Source: Kondoa subrosea
Taxonomy: Eukaryota
Assembly: GCA_039545335.1 (NCBI GenBank)
Contig: BCIN01000002.1
Span: 1,191,118 to 1,255,117, forward strand
Reading direction: 5' to 3'
Length of the DNA: 64,000 nt
Positions within the stretch are counted from its first letter, which is position 1, and the number at the start of each line of letters is the position of its first letter. The notes beneath the pieces were generated by a model. That model saw only the letters and a program-made list of their open reading frames with translations, did not search any database and was not told the origin of the DNA. This document shows positions 26,101 to 38,218 of the stretch, in pieces. Made by a program: the position numbers and the translations under genes.

Positions 26101-27326
26101 TGTTGGTCCGGCGTATGGCAAGATTCTGGGTGCCTTGAGGTACGCCCTGTTTGTGTCTCCTGCAAAATGTAGCTAAATTTCCACCAAGCTACTCCATCAA
26201 TACCCTTCAACCTATTTACTTCCCTGGCTTTGCCTTCTCTTGGATTGCCCTTATTTCACATCGCCTACTCATGCCAAAGCTTTTAAGAGATGCTGATGGT
26301 CAAGTCTCATTCCATCGCCTGCTCCTGTCGCTCTTGCGTTTTATGGATCCCTTCTTACGCGAACAAGAGATGAATAACACAATCCGAGCTCTCTACACTG
26401 CGACTTGCAAGATCTTCTTGGTTCTCTTGCACGATTTCCCGGAGTTCTTGTCAAACTATCATGTGTCGCTGTGTGATGCTATTCCTAGCTCCTGCTTGCA
26501 GCTTCAGGTGATTTCTCTAAGTCTCTTTGATAATCGATAGTAGCTGATCTATTGATTTACTAGAACATTGTTCTGGCTGCCTTCCCTGCTGATCTCACCT
26601 TACCTGATCCCTTCAGCTCAGAAGCTCTCAACTCTACCGAAATGGCACGCTCTCCAGTACTTCTCTCTGACTATGGAGCACCTTTGGCAAGCAACCGTGA
26701 CATGATGTTCGCTCTGGATAAGGTCTTGCGCAATGAAGCTGCTGGCTCTTCCTTCCTTACCTACAAAAGCCAGTTCACCATTGTTAAGAGCGTCGATGGA
26801 CAAGCAGATGAAGTCCAGTACAACCGCAAAATGCTCAGCTCGTTCGTTTTGGGTATCATCAGTGCTGCAGTCGCCCCGTTTAGCAAAAGTGCTACTATGC
26901 GCTTTGATTCGGCATCCCCGAGTGTTGAAGTATTCTTGGCTTTGTTAGACGCCTTTGATCCTGAAGGTAAGTATTGTCCAATTGTGTGGAGTCTTGGGTT
27001 GATTTGGATTGCCAGGTCGATATCTATTAATTTCCACGGTCGCAAATCAACTCCGCTACCCTAATACGCACACCTTCTTCGCCTCCTCCCTTCTCCTACA
27101 CACCTTTGCTCCCGGACAAGGCGATGAGATGAGTAGAGAAGTCATCGTCCGCGTCCTTTTGGAGCGAATTTGCTCTCTTCGTCCACATCCATTCGGCTTG
27201 GTTCTCACTCAGGTCGAACTCCTACGCAAATACAAGGTTCTTGAAGAACCCTTCTTCCAAACCAAACCAGAGGCAGCTCTGCTCAAGCCTTTGATCGAAC
27301 GTATTCAAGCAGCGGCTGCTGTTTGA
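20106..27326 (+). CDS. NOT1: CCR4-NOT scaffold subunit Not1
   Basis: IKAQLQFQLSTL, LDAAALASRREFLEL, DKILFIINNL, QRVSIEPNNH, LLKNLGAWIG, VFKPPNPWL, LKLNLKFEIEVLCK, LAGSLALVTCKEPLR, LVLLHDFPEFL, NQLRYPNTHT, RVLLER...RPHPFGL. Confidence 0.97.
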
Positions 27327-27805
27327 AATTTACGCACAACAAAATAATCAAGATGGCAAAGCCCAACGGAAGTACAGCATTTGTTACAAAAACGTTCAGA
27401 AGTGTTTGTGAAGAACAGAGATACAGTATCTAAAGTATACCCAAAATGATTGTACATAGGCATGCTTTTCATTTACTCGCACGATTACCAAGGGCATAGA
27501 ACGTCGTCAAAAGGGGGGTTTAAATGCACAAAATATGTTCATACTGATTGTGTCTTTGCTTTGCTAAGCGCTTGCGGATTTTCGAGGCATCGGCGAAAAT
27601 TGCAGAGTCAGCTCGCTCTCTTACTCGAACTTCGATCTCTCTCTCGCTACACTCGTCACTGTATACCAGTGCTCTCAAGACTACTGCAACTACAATCGCT
27701 GCTTGTATCCCCTTGTCACACCCGTCAGCCTTCAAGATCCGTTCAGCAATTTCGGCCCTCCCTTCTCAGTCTCAGCCGCCTGATCCTTACATCGACCTTC
27801 AGTTG

Positions 27806-27928
27806 ATGTACTTAAGAGCCTTTATAGCAACCCGTAAACAAGAAACACAAGAACGAAAGCTCTGTAGCTGTCAGTTCCGATTTCATTCTGTGCATTGCCT
27901 CTGGAGTTGTTCCTTATGCTTTTTGTGA
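27806..27928 (+). promoter_or_regulatory. eIF5 leader uORF1 (40 aa), AUG in poor context
   Basis: agttgATGt (-3 T, +4 T); ends at TGA 27926-27928, upstream of the main start. Confidence 0.55.
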
Positions 27929-28216
27929 TTGTAGAACATACGCTCTTACAAAGAAATCTACACATCTATCCATCATGGCTTCAGCTGGTATTGTCAATAT
28001 CCGAAAGGTTTGTTCAATTGTTCGCACGAGAAGTTTCGAGACTTTGTACTGATGATCCGATAATAGGACGCTCGTCACGATGCACACTACCGTTACAAGT
28101 GAGTAGCATAGTGTTTGGCAGCGACTAAGCATTGCTAAAAACATTGTTGCTTCACAGAATGCCCGCTCTTCAAATCAAACCTGAAGGCAAAGGTAACGGT
28201 GTCAAAACCGTTTTGA
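27916..28216 (+). promoter_or_regulatory. eIF5 leader uORF2, poor context, overlapping the main AUG out of frame
   Basis: tccttATGc (-3 C, +4 C), 59 nt upstream of the main catcATGg. After splicing it runs 60 codons to TGA 28214-28216. Confidence 0.6.
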
Positions 28217-29527
28217 TCAATATGACCGATATTGCTCGTGCTTTGAGTCGACCTCCAACTTGTGAGTTGGAGGCAGTCTACAGATTAGTGCAAATCTTAA
28301 GACCGATCTATTTCACAGATCCAACCAAATTCTTTGGCTGCGAATTAGGTGCTCAAACCACCTTCGACGAGAAAGCCGATCGCTACATTGTCAACGGAAC
28401 ACACGATGCCGCCCGATTGCGAGAACTTTTGGATGTCTTCATTGACAAATTCGTCCTTTGCACCGGATGCAAGAACCCAGAAACTGATCTCAACATCTTG
28501 AAAGATGAAACTATCTTGAGAGATTGCAAAGCTTGTGGTGAAAGAGCTCCAGTCGATATGAGACATAAACTCGTTACTTTCATCTTGAAGAATCCACCCA
28601 AGAAGGCCAAGAAATCCAAGAAAGCTGCTGGTGAAAATGGTGAAACACCCTCTGCTGATGGTGAGAATGGTGCTGGTGCAGCAGAGGATGGTGAAGAGGA
28701 CGGATCGGATAATGATTTCATGAGTCGAAAAATCGCAGAAGGAGCGGCTGATTTGGCCAAAGTCAAGACTGTGGATGCCGATACCGTCAATTGGTCCACT
28801 GATACTTCTAAAGAAGCTCAAGCTGCTAGAATGGAATCACTCAATGCTGGTTTGCAAGGTGCTATTTTGGCAGACGACGATGAAGATGGAACCAGCGGAC
28901 CGTACGAAGCTTTCAAGAGCTGGGTTACTGACAATCGAGGAACGGCCACCGACGCTGAGATCTACAAGAAGGCTGTTGAGATGGGTATTGAAAAGAAACA
29001 TCGAACTGTTCAAGCTTTGGTCGAGAGCCTGTTCACTGAAGAGGTGATCAAGGAAGTTGAAAGCCATAAGAATGTCTTCCTCAAGGTGCGCAAGACGAAA
29101 GTCGTCCAATTTAGCTTGCTAAATTGCAAATTTCGCTTGCGTACAGCTCACAACTTCTGAGAAGCATCAGAAAAGTTTGCTTGGTGGTATTGAACGCTTC
29201 CTTGGCATCCTTCACCCAGACATGATTCCTCTTACTCCCAAAGTGCTGATGGCTTGTGAGTAGTTTGCAATTGTGACTGACTACACCTGATATTTCTCCA
29301 GTCTATCAAGCTGATATCTTAGAAGAAGAGCCTGCTCTGCACTTCGGCAAGAATGTCTCGTATGTCAGTCATGCATTCAGCGGAATCTGGCTGATTTCTC
29401 TTTTTGGCATCACAGCAAGAAGTACGTCGACAAAGACACGAGCAAGAAAGTCAGAAGAGCAGCTCAGCCTTTCATTCAATGGCTTGAAGCTCAAGAGTCT
29501 GATGATGAAGAAGAGGACGAGGAGTAA
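27975..29527 (+). CDS. TIF5: Eukaryotic translation initiation factor 5
   Basis: VNIR...[49 protein letters not shown]...CKACG zinc ribbon, W2 domain ending [21 protein letters not shown]. Confidence 0.97.
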
Positions 29528-29704
29528 CTGTTTATGGCATTCTGTCTTGTATAACACCGCTCAAATAGAATAGCGCCTTTCTGCGACCTGTTATGAAAGA
29601 CGCGCTGCAGGCCGGGGAAAACGATCAGCTCTGAGCATCTTTTGCGTAAAGCATATCTTCCAAACCAATTTAGCCGCTTCGCATCGACGCGAACGGCCAA
29701 ACAA

Positions 29705-32680
29705 ATGGCAAAGAAGAAAGCTGCCAGTGTAGCTCAAGAGCAGGGATCTGGTTCTATTCTATCGTTCTTCTCTGCAACGCCTGTCAAGACCAAGCCAACC
29801 AAAGAAGTGAAGCGTAAAATCGCACCTCACAAGAAATCAGCTCCACCAACTCTAGCTGTATCTTCTGTCGTGATAGACTTGTGCTCTGAGTCGGACGTCG
29901 CTACCAAACTACCACAACCAGCTACCAAGAAAGCTAGGGAAGCTACAGTCGATTGCTCACCTCCGCCTGAAGCTGTCATTCCTCTAGACAAGGGAGAAGG
30001 GTGTTCCAAAGCTACTCTACCACTTGCAGAAGATATCTGGCTTGTACCTGATGATGATGAGCAAGAGATTGTAGGAAGCAATGGATTGGAAGGCACTTTG
30101 AACCCAGATTATCGAGATGAGAACGAATTGTGCGAACAAGATGCTCAGCAAGCAGTGGAAGGAGATGCGGAGAGTGATTGTGATTCAACCAGAAGCAGAA
30201 GAAGCATGTCTATCGATCAGAGGAGATCTGTTTCTGCTGTTCCTCCGCCTCAACGTAAATCTCTCTCGTCCATGTCCTTTGGTTTTGTAGAATCTGCTTT
30301 CTCAAAGAACAAGAAAGGCAAAGGGAAAGAGAAAGCTGTCGAGGAAACGCAAGCGCCTACTGCTTTCACTGCGTGAGTTGAGTTTCGCAGAATCAGGATT
30401 TTGCTTATACTTTCTGCTTTTCAGCCTTATGAGTGGACACAAGGAAGATATGGCTTGGAAGACTGCGGCCAAGAATGAGAAGATCAAGGTAGACCTATCG
30501 TCTATTTGCTAAAACAGATATCTGATTGGTATTACAGGGCGTTCGAGGTGAACTGCGGACCGCTCCCTTCTACAAAGTTATGGAAGGCATGCCTCTAGCT
30601 GTAGATGCATTCCGCTACGGAAAGATACCAGGCGTCAAGGCTTACTTTCTATCGTGTGCACATCCGTCCCTCATCTTGGAAGATGTGTTGACGCTTTTCT
30701 GTACAGCCATGCTCACTCGGATCACTACACAAATCTATCCGGTAGTTGGAATCATGGTCCTGTCTATTGTTCGAAAACGACTGCTAATCTGATCATTATG
30801 AATCTGGGCGTCAAGGTATGCTTTTTTTCGGCTACATTACTACACAAGCTGATCAAAGTACTAGCCGCAATGGGTTAAACCGCTGCCATATGATCAGACA
30901 GTTGTAGTCGAAGGCGTCAATGTCACTATGCTCGATGCTAATCAGTTCGTCTTTCCTCTTCAGAAGCTATCTAATCGCTCATATAACATGTAGCTGTCCT
31001 GGATCCTCTCTATTCCTGTTCGAAGGCCCTCAAACAGCAGCTAATTCACCTTATGCCAAAACCCCGAATCGGATCTTCCGTTATCTTCATTGCGGAGATG
31101 TACGTCAGGCTTCTTCTACATTATGAACTTCATATTCATATGTTCTTTCCTGACCTACAGTTCCGTGCTAGCCCAGCTCATCTTCTGCATCCTGCAATGG
31201 TCGGTAAACGGATCGATATTTGTTACCTCGATACGACCTATTGCTCGCCCACGCATACTTTTCCAGCACAAGAACAAGTCATCACAGCTTGTTCTGAACT
31301 CATCCGATCGAGAATCTTGGAAGGGGATGAATCTGCTTTAAGAAGAGGTTTGGGAAGTTCGAAATCGACCATCAAGTCTGAAGCGCTTTTCAAAGGCTGG
31401 TTAGGTAATGGGAAGAAAGAGGAAGACGATGATTATGATGGACATCTCTGCTTGAGTAAAGTAAAGAAGAAAGAAGAGGAAGAAGAAGCGGCGGAATTGT
31501 ATTGTGAGGTTGATCAAGTTTCGATGGATGAAGATGAAGAGAAACCTGCTATTGATTCTTTGACGCTTGATGAGAAGATTGAAGACCAGCTGGACTTGTC
31601 TGACCATGAACAGCGGGCGATGCAAGCAGAGCAACCGCTTCTAGCTAAAGAAGAAGAGGACAAGAAGCTGAAAGTCGAAGAAGTAGATGAGAAGAAGCCT
31701 CGAACGAAGGAACATATCTTGGTTCTGATTGGAACATATAGTATCGGCAAGGAGAGGATTGTGAAAGGTCTGTTTCCCTTGTCCAGTCTGTTAACTAGTA
31801 TCTGAACAAACATTGATCAGGCATTGCGAAAGCTATCGGATCCAAAATATACTGCAGCGATCACAAGATGAAGTTGCTTCAGTGCATCGATGAAGATCCA
31901 GAGCTACAAACTATGCTTACAAGGGATCCGCTTGACGCTCAAGTACACGTCACCGGCTTGTTTGCTATCAATCGCGATACGCTCGGCGACTATCTAGACT
32001 CCTTCAAAGGTCATTTCACCAAGATTGTATGCCTCTTGCTATCCTCTCACCACTCTACTGAGAATCACTCTAGATTGGACTGCGGCCGACAGGTTGGACT
32101 TTCAAGCCAGATGGAGTGAAAGAGGTGAGCAATCGAGAGTCTCTGCGTTTATCGCCGCTAATACACATTGATCTGTTCACAGAAATCACCTAGCGTTTCC
32201 AAAGTCATCGCCAACCAAACTCATAAGAACTACTCGCCAGCTTTCCTTTATCCGCAACGAGATTCTACTGAACGCTTGCAAGCTTACGGTGTACCTTATT
32301 CTGAACATAGCGTGAGTTGCATGCACAACCTGCGCGCCTTGACACTGATCTGGTTTCTGCGTCGCAGTCTTTCCGAGAACTCGTACGTCCTGCTATTGCT
32401 CTACATTATTCATGTTGAGCCATCCATTTGCTCGGTACAGACCTGTTTCTGCGTGTCCATGGATCATGGTCAGTTCCCTCTCCTTCAATGTCCCGTCTTG
32501 CGCTGCTCATGTGTATGTGTATGCGATATAGTCCGAATTATCGCTACGGTCAATGTAAACAGCGAAACTTCTCGAGCAAAGATGAAGTCCTGGTTTGAGA
32601 AATGGCAAGCCGAGCGGAAAAGGAGGAGGGATAACGGAGAACCCGCAATGGTTCGTCTCTATGACTCTACCTTCTGCTAG
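29705..32680 (+). CDS. PSO2: DNA cross-link repair exonuclease SNM1A/Pso2 (metallo-beta-lactamase/beta-CASP)
   Basis: [76 protein letters not shown]. Confidence 0.93.
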
Positions 32681-33277
32681 GAAAACTAGCTCAGGCAAAA
32701 GGTTGGGACGAACAGGTTCCCTATAGAACTATAACAACTCATGAAGGCGAGCTTGTCTTTTGGTAACACTTTATTGCATAGAGAAGCAAAGTGCTGGTTC
32801 ACTTGCATGGTCTCTTCTTGCTTGGACATCAAAGTATTACGGTCCGACCTGATCAATAGAATGTAGCATTCCTTGTATCAGTTCATCAATCATTGTACAA
32901 AGATACATTGTAACAAGAGAGTCAAATGTCAAATGTAAAACACTAAGTCTCTGTCGAATCATGTTGAAACCAAAAATGCTATTACCATACAATTGAAAAA
33001 CTCCAACAACAACGAAACTGAAATAAAGCTATAATACAATTTAATCCCTTGTTTTGCGTGAACCTTTTGCCTTAGCCTTACTTTTTTGAAGATGGGGAGA
33101 AAAAGAACAAGAAGACGTCGCCATGAAAATTATATGTACCAAAGAAAAGAGAAAAATTGTACCCAAAGTAGAAAATGCATGCACAACAAGAAAAGTTGAT
33201 GTCGTCAATAGGAAACAGGAAAGAGCATGGTTTTGAATTTGAAAAGTCGAAGTTTATAGTTCTTGGTCTGCCTTTAT

Positions 33278-34436
33278 TTAGTAGACCATTTGTTGAGGAC
33301 CTGAAGGGTGATGAGGTGCCCACATTTGCTGGTGTTGCTGCTGCTGTTGACCTTGTTGTTGAGGGTTGAAGTAATAACCTTGTTGTTGAGAATATTGAAT
33401 GCTTTGTTGAGATCTTGTGCCTCTTCTAGTATGGCCATGACCTTGACCACCAGAAGACATGTCTCTTCTACGTTGGGAGAAACGTTTAGGTGGGAATTGA
33501 CATTCTTCATCACTTGATGAGCCGGAACCTTGAGCTGAAACACCCAACATGACACCACCTCCCAATACACCTACTTTTCCCTGTGCATGTTCCGTTACTA
33601 CAGTGGTTGAAGAAGTAGGGGAAGAAGTAATCTTGCTAGATGAGGTTGAAGAAGTGGTTGTGGTTGCAGAGGAAACTGAAATGTTTGAGGTGGATCTGGT
33701 ATGGTTCAATTTCCTTCCGCCTTTGCGACCAACTGAAGTGGATGTTGGTAGAGGTGAGAAGAGAAGGGATTCTTTTGATGAGGATTCAGATGAAGAGCAA
33801 GGTGAGTCGGCACGTTTTATAGGTTCGTTTGATGGAACGAAAGCGGAGGCCAACAAGTTTGAAGCGGATAATGGAACAGGTGTACCAGGAGTGATTGAAA
33901 CTGCTGGGAATGAGAAGGAAGGCTTTCTGGAATCCGGATGCAAGATTTGAATCGCTCTTGATCTCTTTGTTGGAGAGGATGTTATATCGGATAAAGGAGG
34001 TAAAGAAGGGGCTGGTGAAGGAGCAGAGATGGGTAGAGCAGCAGGAGCTAATTGAGGTGTGCTTAGCCGACCGAAAATTTCCATCAATGGCGCTTGAGGA
34101 GCATCATCAATTCGGCTAATGCCAAGACCAATATCAGTATAAGGCCGTCACGTAAGCGTCGGATGAGAATACTGACTAGCAAACGCAACCAGGATCAATC
34201 CATATAATCCATTTCGAACCCAAATCCAAGCTTAAACCTTGCAAACTTTCATCGCCAACCGTTATAGATCTATAGGCTGAGCCTTGTTCTGTATCGTGAG
34301 GGTACCAGTGACCGGCATAACGAGTTGAAAGAGTCTGACAGAAGGCGGGCTCGATAAAAGAAGACGTGGCTGAGGAAGTCGAGGGGAGAGCGTGGTGCTT
34401 GATGAAAGCTGCTGCTGCTTGAATTTCGTTATGCAT
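33278..34436 (-). CDS. BTG/Tob (APRO) domain protein, 365 aa, with long S/P/Q-rich disordered tail
   Basis: Exon 34436-34177 plus exon 34115-33278 (61-nt GT-AG intron). MHNEIQAAAAF, Box A RYAGHWYPHDTEQGSAYRSI, Box B WIIWIDPGCVCYRI. Confidence 0.85.
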
Positions 34437-34962
34437 ACTGTTACAAAGTGCTAAAGGTGAGTTATGCAAGACAAAGAGAGATTACGAAACTCGCAACTGA
34501 CTTTTCGGAGAAGTATGTAAGTGCGTTAAGTAAGAAAGACGAAGGGTGATGGACTGAAGCTGAGGTGTAGGGCAGGTGTGATATGAGGAAGGTGTGAGGT
34601 GTGAAAGAAAGAAAGAGGGCGAGCGAAAGGTGACAAGCTCAAAAGTGGATGTTCGACTTCTCGGAGTGGATGTTCGTCGGGATGGACGGCAAAAGCTTGA
34701 GCTGGCCTTGACTGCAGTACAGCACAGCTATGACAGGGTCGTAAGCAGTAGCACAGAAAGGACCGTCCGTGCGATGCGGAAACGAAGAGGCCTTTGTCGC
34801 CACTAATTTGGTCCGCCTCATGGCTACGCCTCAAACCCTCTGTTCTTTCACTCATACTAGATTGCTCAATTTCAGCCTCCGAAAATGTACCAAAGCACTC
34901 AGTCTAATCACACTGTGACACAATCGTTTGATGACCACACTCTCATCAAAGTTATACATTAT

Positions 34963-37807
34963 TTAAGCAGGCTGCTTCTCTCCCTTTTCCAAATCCCCTT
35001 CTTCAGCAGCTGGAATCTCTACTGTTCCTACAACAGGTTGTGAACTCTTTTCATCCCCCGCTTTCACTTCTGCTCCCTTTTGAATCGTTTGTCTTTGTAA
35101 AGTATAAACTCGTAGTCCGAACATGAGACATAGTCCAACGAAGACTAGTGGCTGCAATGATACGCGATCAGGTTAGGCGTAAAGAAAGTGATGGAAGTAA
35201 CGAACTGTATCCACTATCCAAACTAATCGGACTGATCGAGCGAAAGCATGCAGGACTTGATTCCTCAATTCAACAGGCTATACACTTGCATCAGTATCTT
35301 GTTCCAATACTAAGTAAAAGAACGACTCACCTGAATCTTACTCAGATCCTGCACGTTGATCGATAAAACCGAACTACTGCTTCCTTCTTGAATAGCCAGA
35401 TCATAAGGAATAGCACGAAGACGTTTAGTTACTTCGTTCGAGTATATCGTTCCTCCTATCGTTACACCTAGAGCTCCTGACATTGTGCGCATGAGAGCGA
35501 AAGTAGAAGTAGCTGAAGCGATGCTGCAGACAGAATTATATTCAGCGACTGCAAAGATATTTGCGGAGGGAAACAAACTCTTTGACTGGCATTGCTGCTT
35601 GTAAAGCGACCAAAGGTACTTGGAATAGAGGTCTGTAGAAATCCTTATCAACCTCTGTCCGGAGTGAATCAGGAACTGAACTCACCCTATACCGAGCGCA
35701 GCGACAAGAGTAGTAAGGACCTGAGTAGCGACAGAAGAGTTGTAGTCGAGAAGGATCATCGTTCCTTGTCCAACGCAGAACACGAACCAAGATCCGATGA
35801 GGAGTTTCTGACGTAAGCGAGATCAGCTGAACATCTTTGAATGGATTTCAAAGAGAGACCTACCTTATATTCGCCAGTCTTGGTGAGCAGTACTCCTGCG
35901 AAAGTACTTGCCAGGGCACCTCCGAGCGAATAGGCTGATAAAAGAGTAAAGTGAGACAAAGAATCGAGCATATCGTCACAGATCACTCACGTAATGTACG
36001 CAGACCTGCAAGAGTAGCTGAGTTGCCTAAGATTTGATAGTACTGGACAGGCAGAAATAAGCCGGATTTCTTACTGGAGAGGTCAAAAATGCTTACGAGA
36101 GGAATGTCTGCTCAAAGAATAAGATCATGAGAGCACAAATAGTATGAAGACACTGCACTTACAGAAACTGCCGGTGAAGAACTGCAACCACCCATTAGCT
36201 CGGCCCAAACGCGCTGACGGCGAACTCACCACAAGTGAATGTAATACTACAGCTATCAAGATGATACCCGTCGTCCGAGTATGGAATAAACGAGGTGAGA
36301 TAATGGGTACTTGTTTAGTGTAAGCTCTGCAATAGTGTTAGCTGAGTTGCACGAAATAGCTTGATGTGTCTCACTCGTTGACACCAGCACCGATCAGTGA
36401 ACAAAAGCCGACGACTAGCAAAGCGATAGTAGAAGGCTTCGACCAATCCTCTTCTCCTTGCACTAGACCGATGAGTAGCATGACGACACCTCCGATGATC
36501 AAAGTGAGACCAATATAATCAAGTTCGGCTGCATGTTGTCGTGCAGTCTTGTTCTTGACTGGATTGAGGTGAAGGAAAAAGAAAAGCACAGATGCTGCTA
36601 TGGCACCTGAAGCGAAGCAGAAAAGCAGGTCTTAGCAGAAGGCAAGAAAAGACTAGCTTATACTGACCTGTTGGGAGATTTAACCAGAAAAGCCATCTGG
36701 CAGATCAGTCAGCGTCAGCGAGAGCTCAGCAGATTACAGAGCCAAAATATTCACCTCCATTGTCCAGCGTCAGCCAGAGATCCGCCAATTACAGGACCTG
36801 AAATGTACAATGAGCTCAAAAGGTTCACTGCCTGTTATGGTTACAAACCAATCGCACTATCAAGGCATCAGTGAAAGGTGAGGATCTGAGGATTAGTAAA
36901 TACCTAGCTATTCCCCAGGTGGCGCCAAGCAGACCTCCGTACTTCCCTCTCTTCTCAAGACTGACAATTTGGCTGATGATGATTTGCTGTGCCGCCAAAA
37001 GGAGTCAGAAGCCGCTTTAACGCCTTTCTTGTTCTCGAACTCACACATGAAGTCATCATCAGTCCTCCCTGTTAATCAGACCACTCAGCATGCGAAGACC
37101 AAAAGTTTTGAGAATCTGCTCACTCCGATTCCAGCTACCGCTCGACATACAATGAGCCAGATCATTGTCTGAGCTGCACCACAAAGAGCTGAACCCAACA
37201 AAAAGATGAAAATGCCGCTGCAAAAAGTCAGTCTATCATCAGATCGCGAACTTTTTGCTACACAAAGCAATACTTACGTGAATAGAGCGTATTTAGCACC
37301 GAAACTGTCGCAGACCTTGCCAGATACTGTAAGAACGAGAGCTTCAGTAATTCTTCCCTACCAAAGAAGACGAATCAACACACTAGGTGTCATGCAGGCA
37401 GCGGCCAAAAGATAAGCACTGGCAATCCACGTATAGCCTTGATATGAATGTCAACTCATGATAAATGAGGCGAACCCGTTTGACCTACCTGACCCCGGCA
37501 GCTCTGTTACAATGCGAGGGAGAGCGGTCGAGACGATCGTTTGATCCAATGCAGCCAAGAAGACAGTAAGCATCAAACCAGCAAAGACAAGGACGAGATT
37601 GTTCTTTGGTAGTTCATGTACTTCTTTGCTTGACCAACCAGCACCAGCTGGTCCTTTCTTCTTTCCCTTTACAACATCTTGTTCTACTACTGTCGCTTGA
37701 CTATCATTCGATTGACGTTCAGCTGATCGATCAGCGTTTAGTTGAGTTATAGGGAGTTCGCCTTCTTTGCCAGGGAGGCCATCCGGTGCTTTGATATTAT
37801 CGTTCAT
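34963..37807 (-). CDS. MFS drug:H+ antiporter (DHA2, 14-TM type), many short exons
   Basis: VFLAALDQTIVSTALP, WIASAYLLA, GSALCGAAQTMIWLIVCRAVAGIG, GPVIGG...WRWLFWLNLP, LDYIG, SATSTFALMRTMSGALGVTIGG. Confidence 0.92.
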
Positions 37808-38218
37808 GATGTAAAAGGTACAGACAAGTGTATCGCGTGAATCCTATGTTATGGGCGAGTCCCCTAGCAGACAGTGATGACGAGAAGATTTGGCCGATGT
37901 GAATCTCTTTATATAAGAGCGCGCAAGTGAGTCCAACAAGGCAAGAGAGTGATCGGAGAGTTATGAAGCAGATCTAATGAGGGTATCAAGCTAATCCAAA
38001 AACAAGGCTCTAAGGTCGTTTGTGGAAGGTATCGATTATCATTTTCACGCGCGGGACGCAGATTTGCATTTTACGCCGGCACGCTTATTTATGGGTTATC
38101 CGCTTATTTCGGGTTTGGTCAAAACCATTGTAGACAATGTCAAGAGCATAATATGAGACACACAAGCAAGTAGATGTTGACAATCATGAAACCCGATCCT
38201 TCTTCTCCTCCTTCTCAT

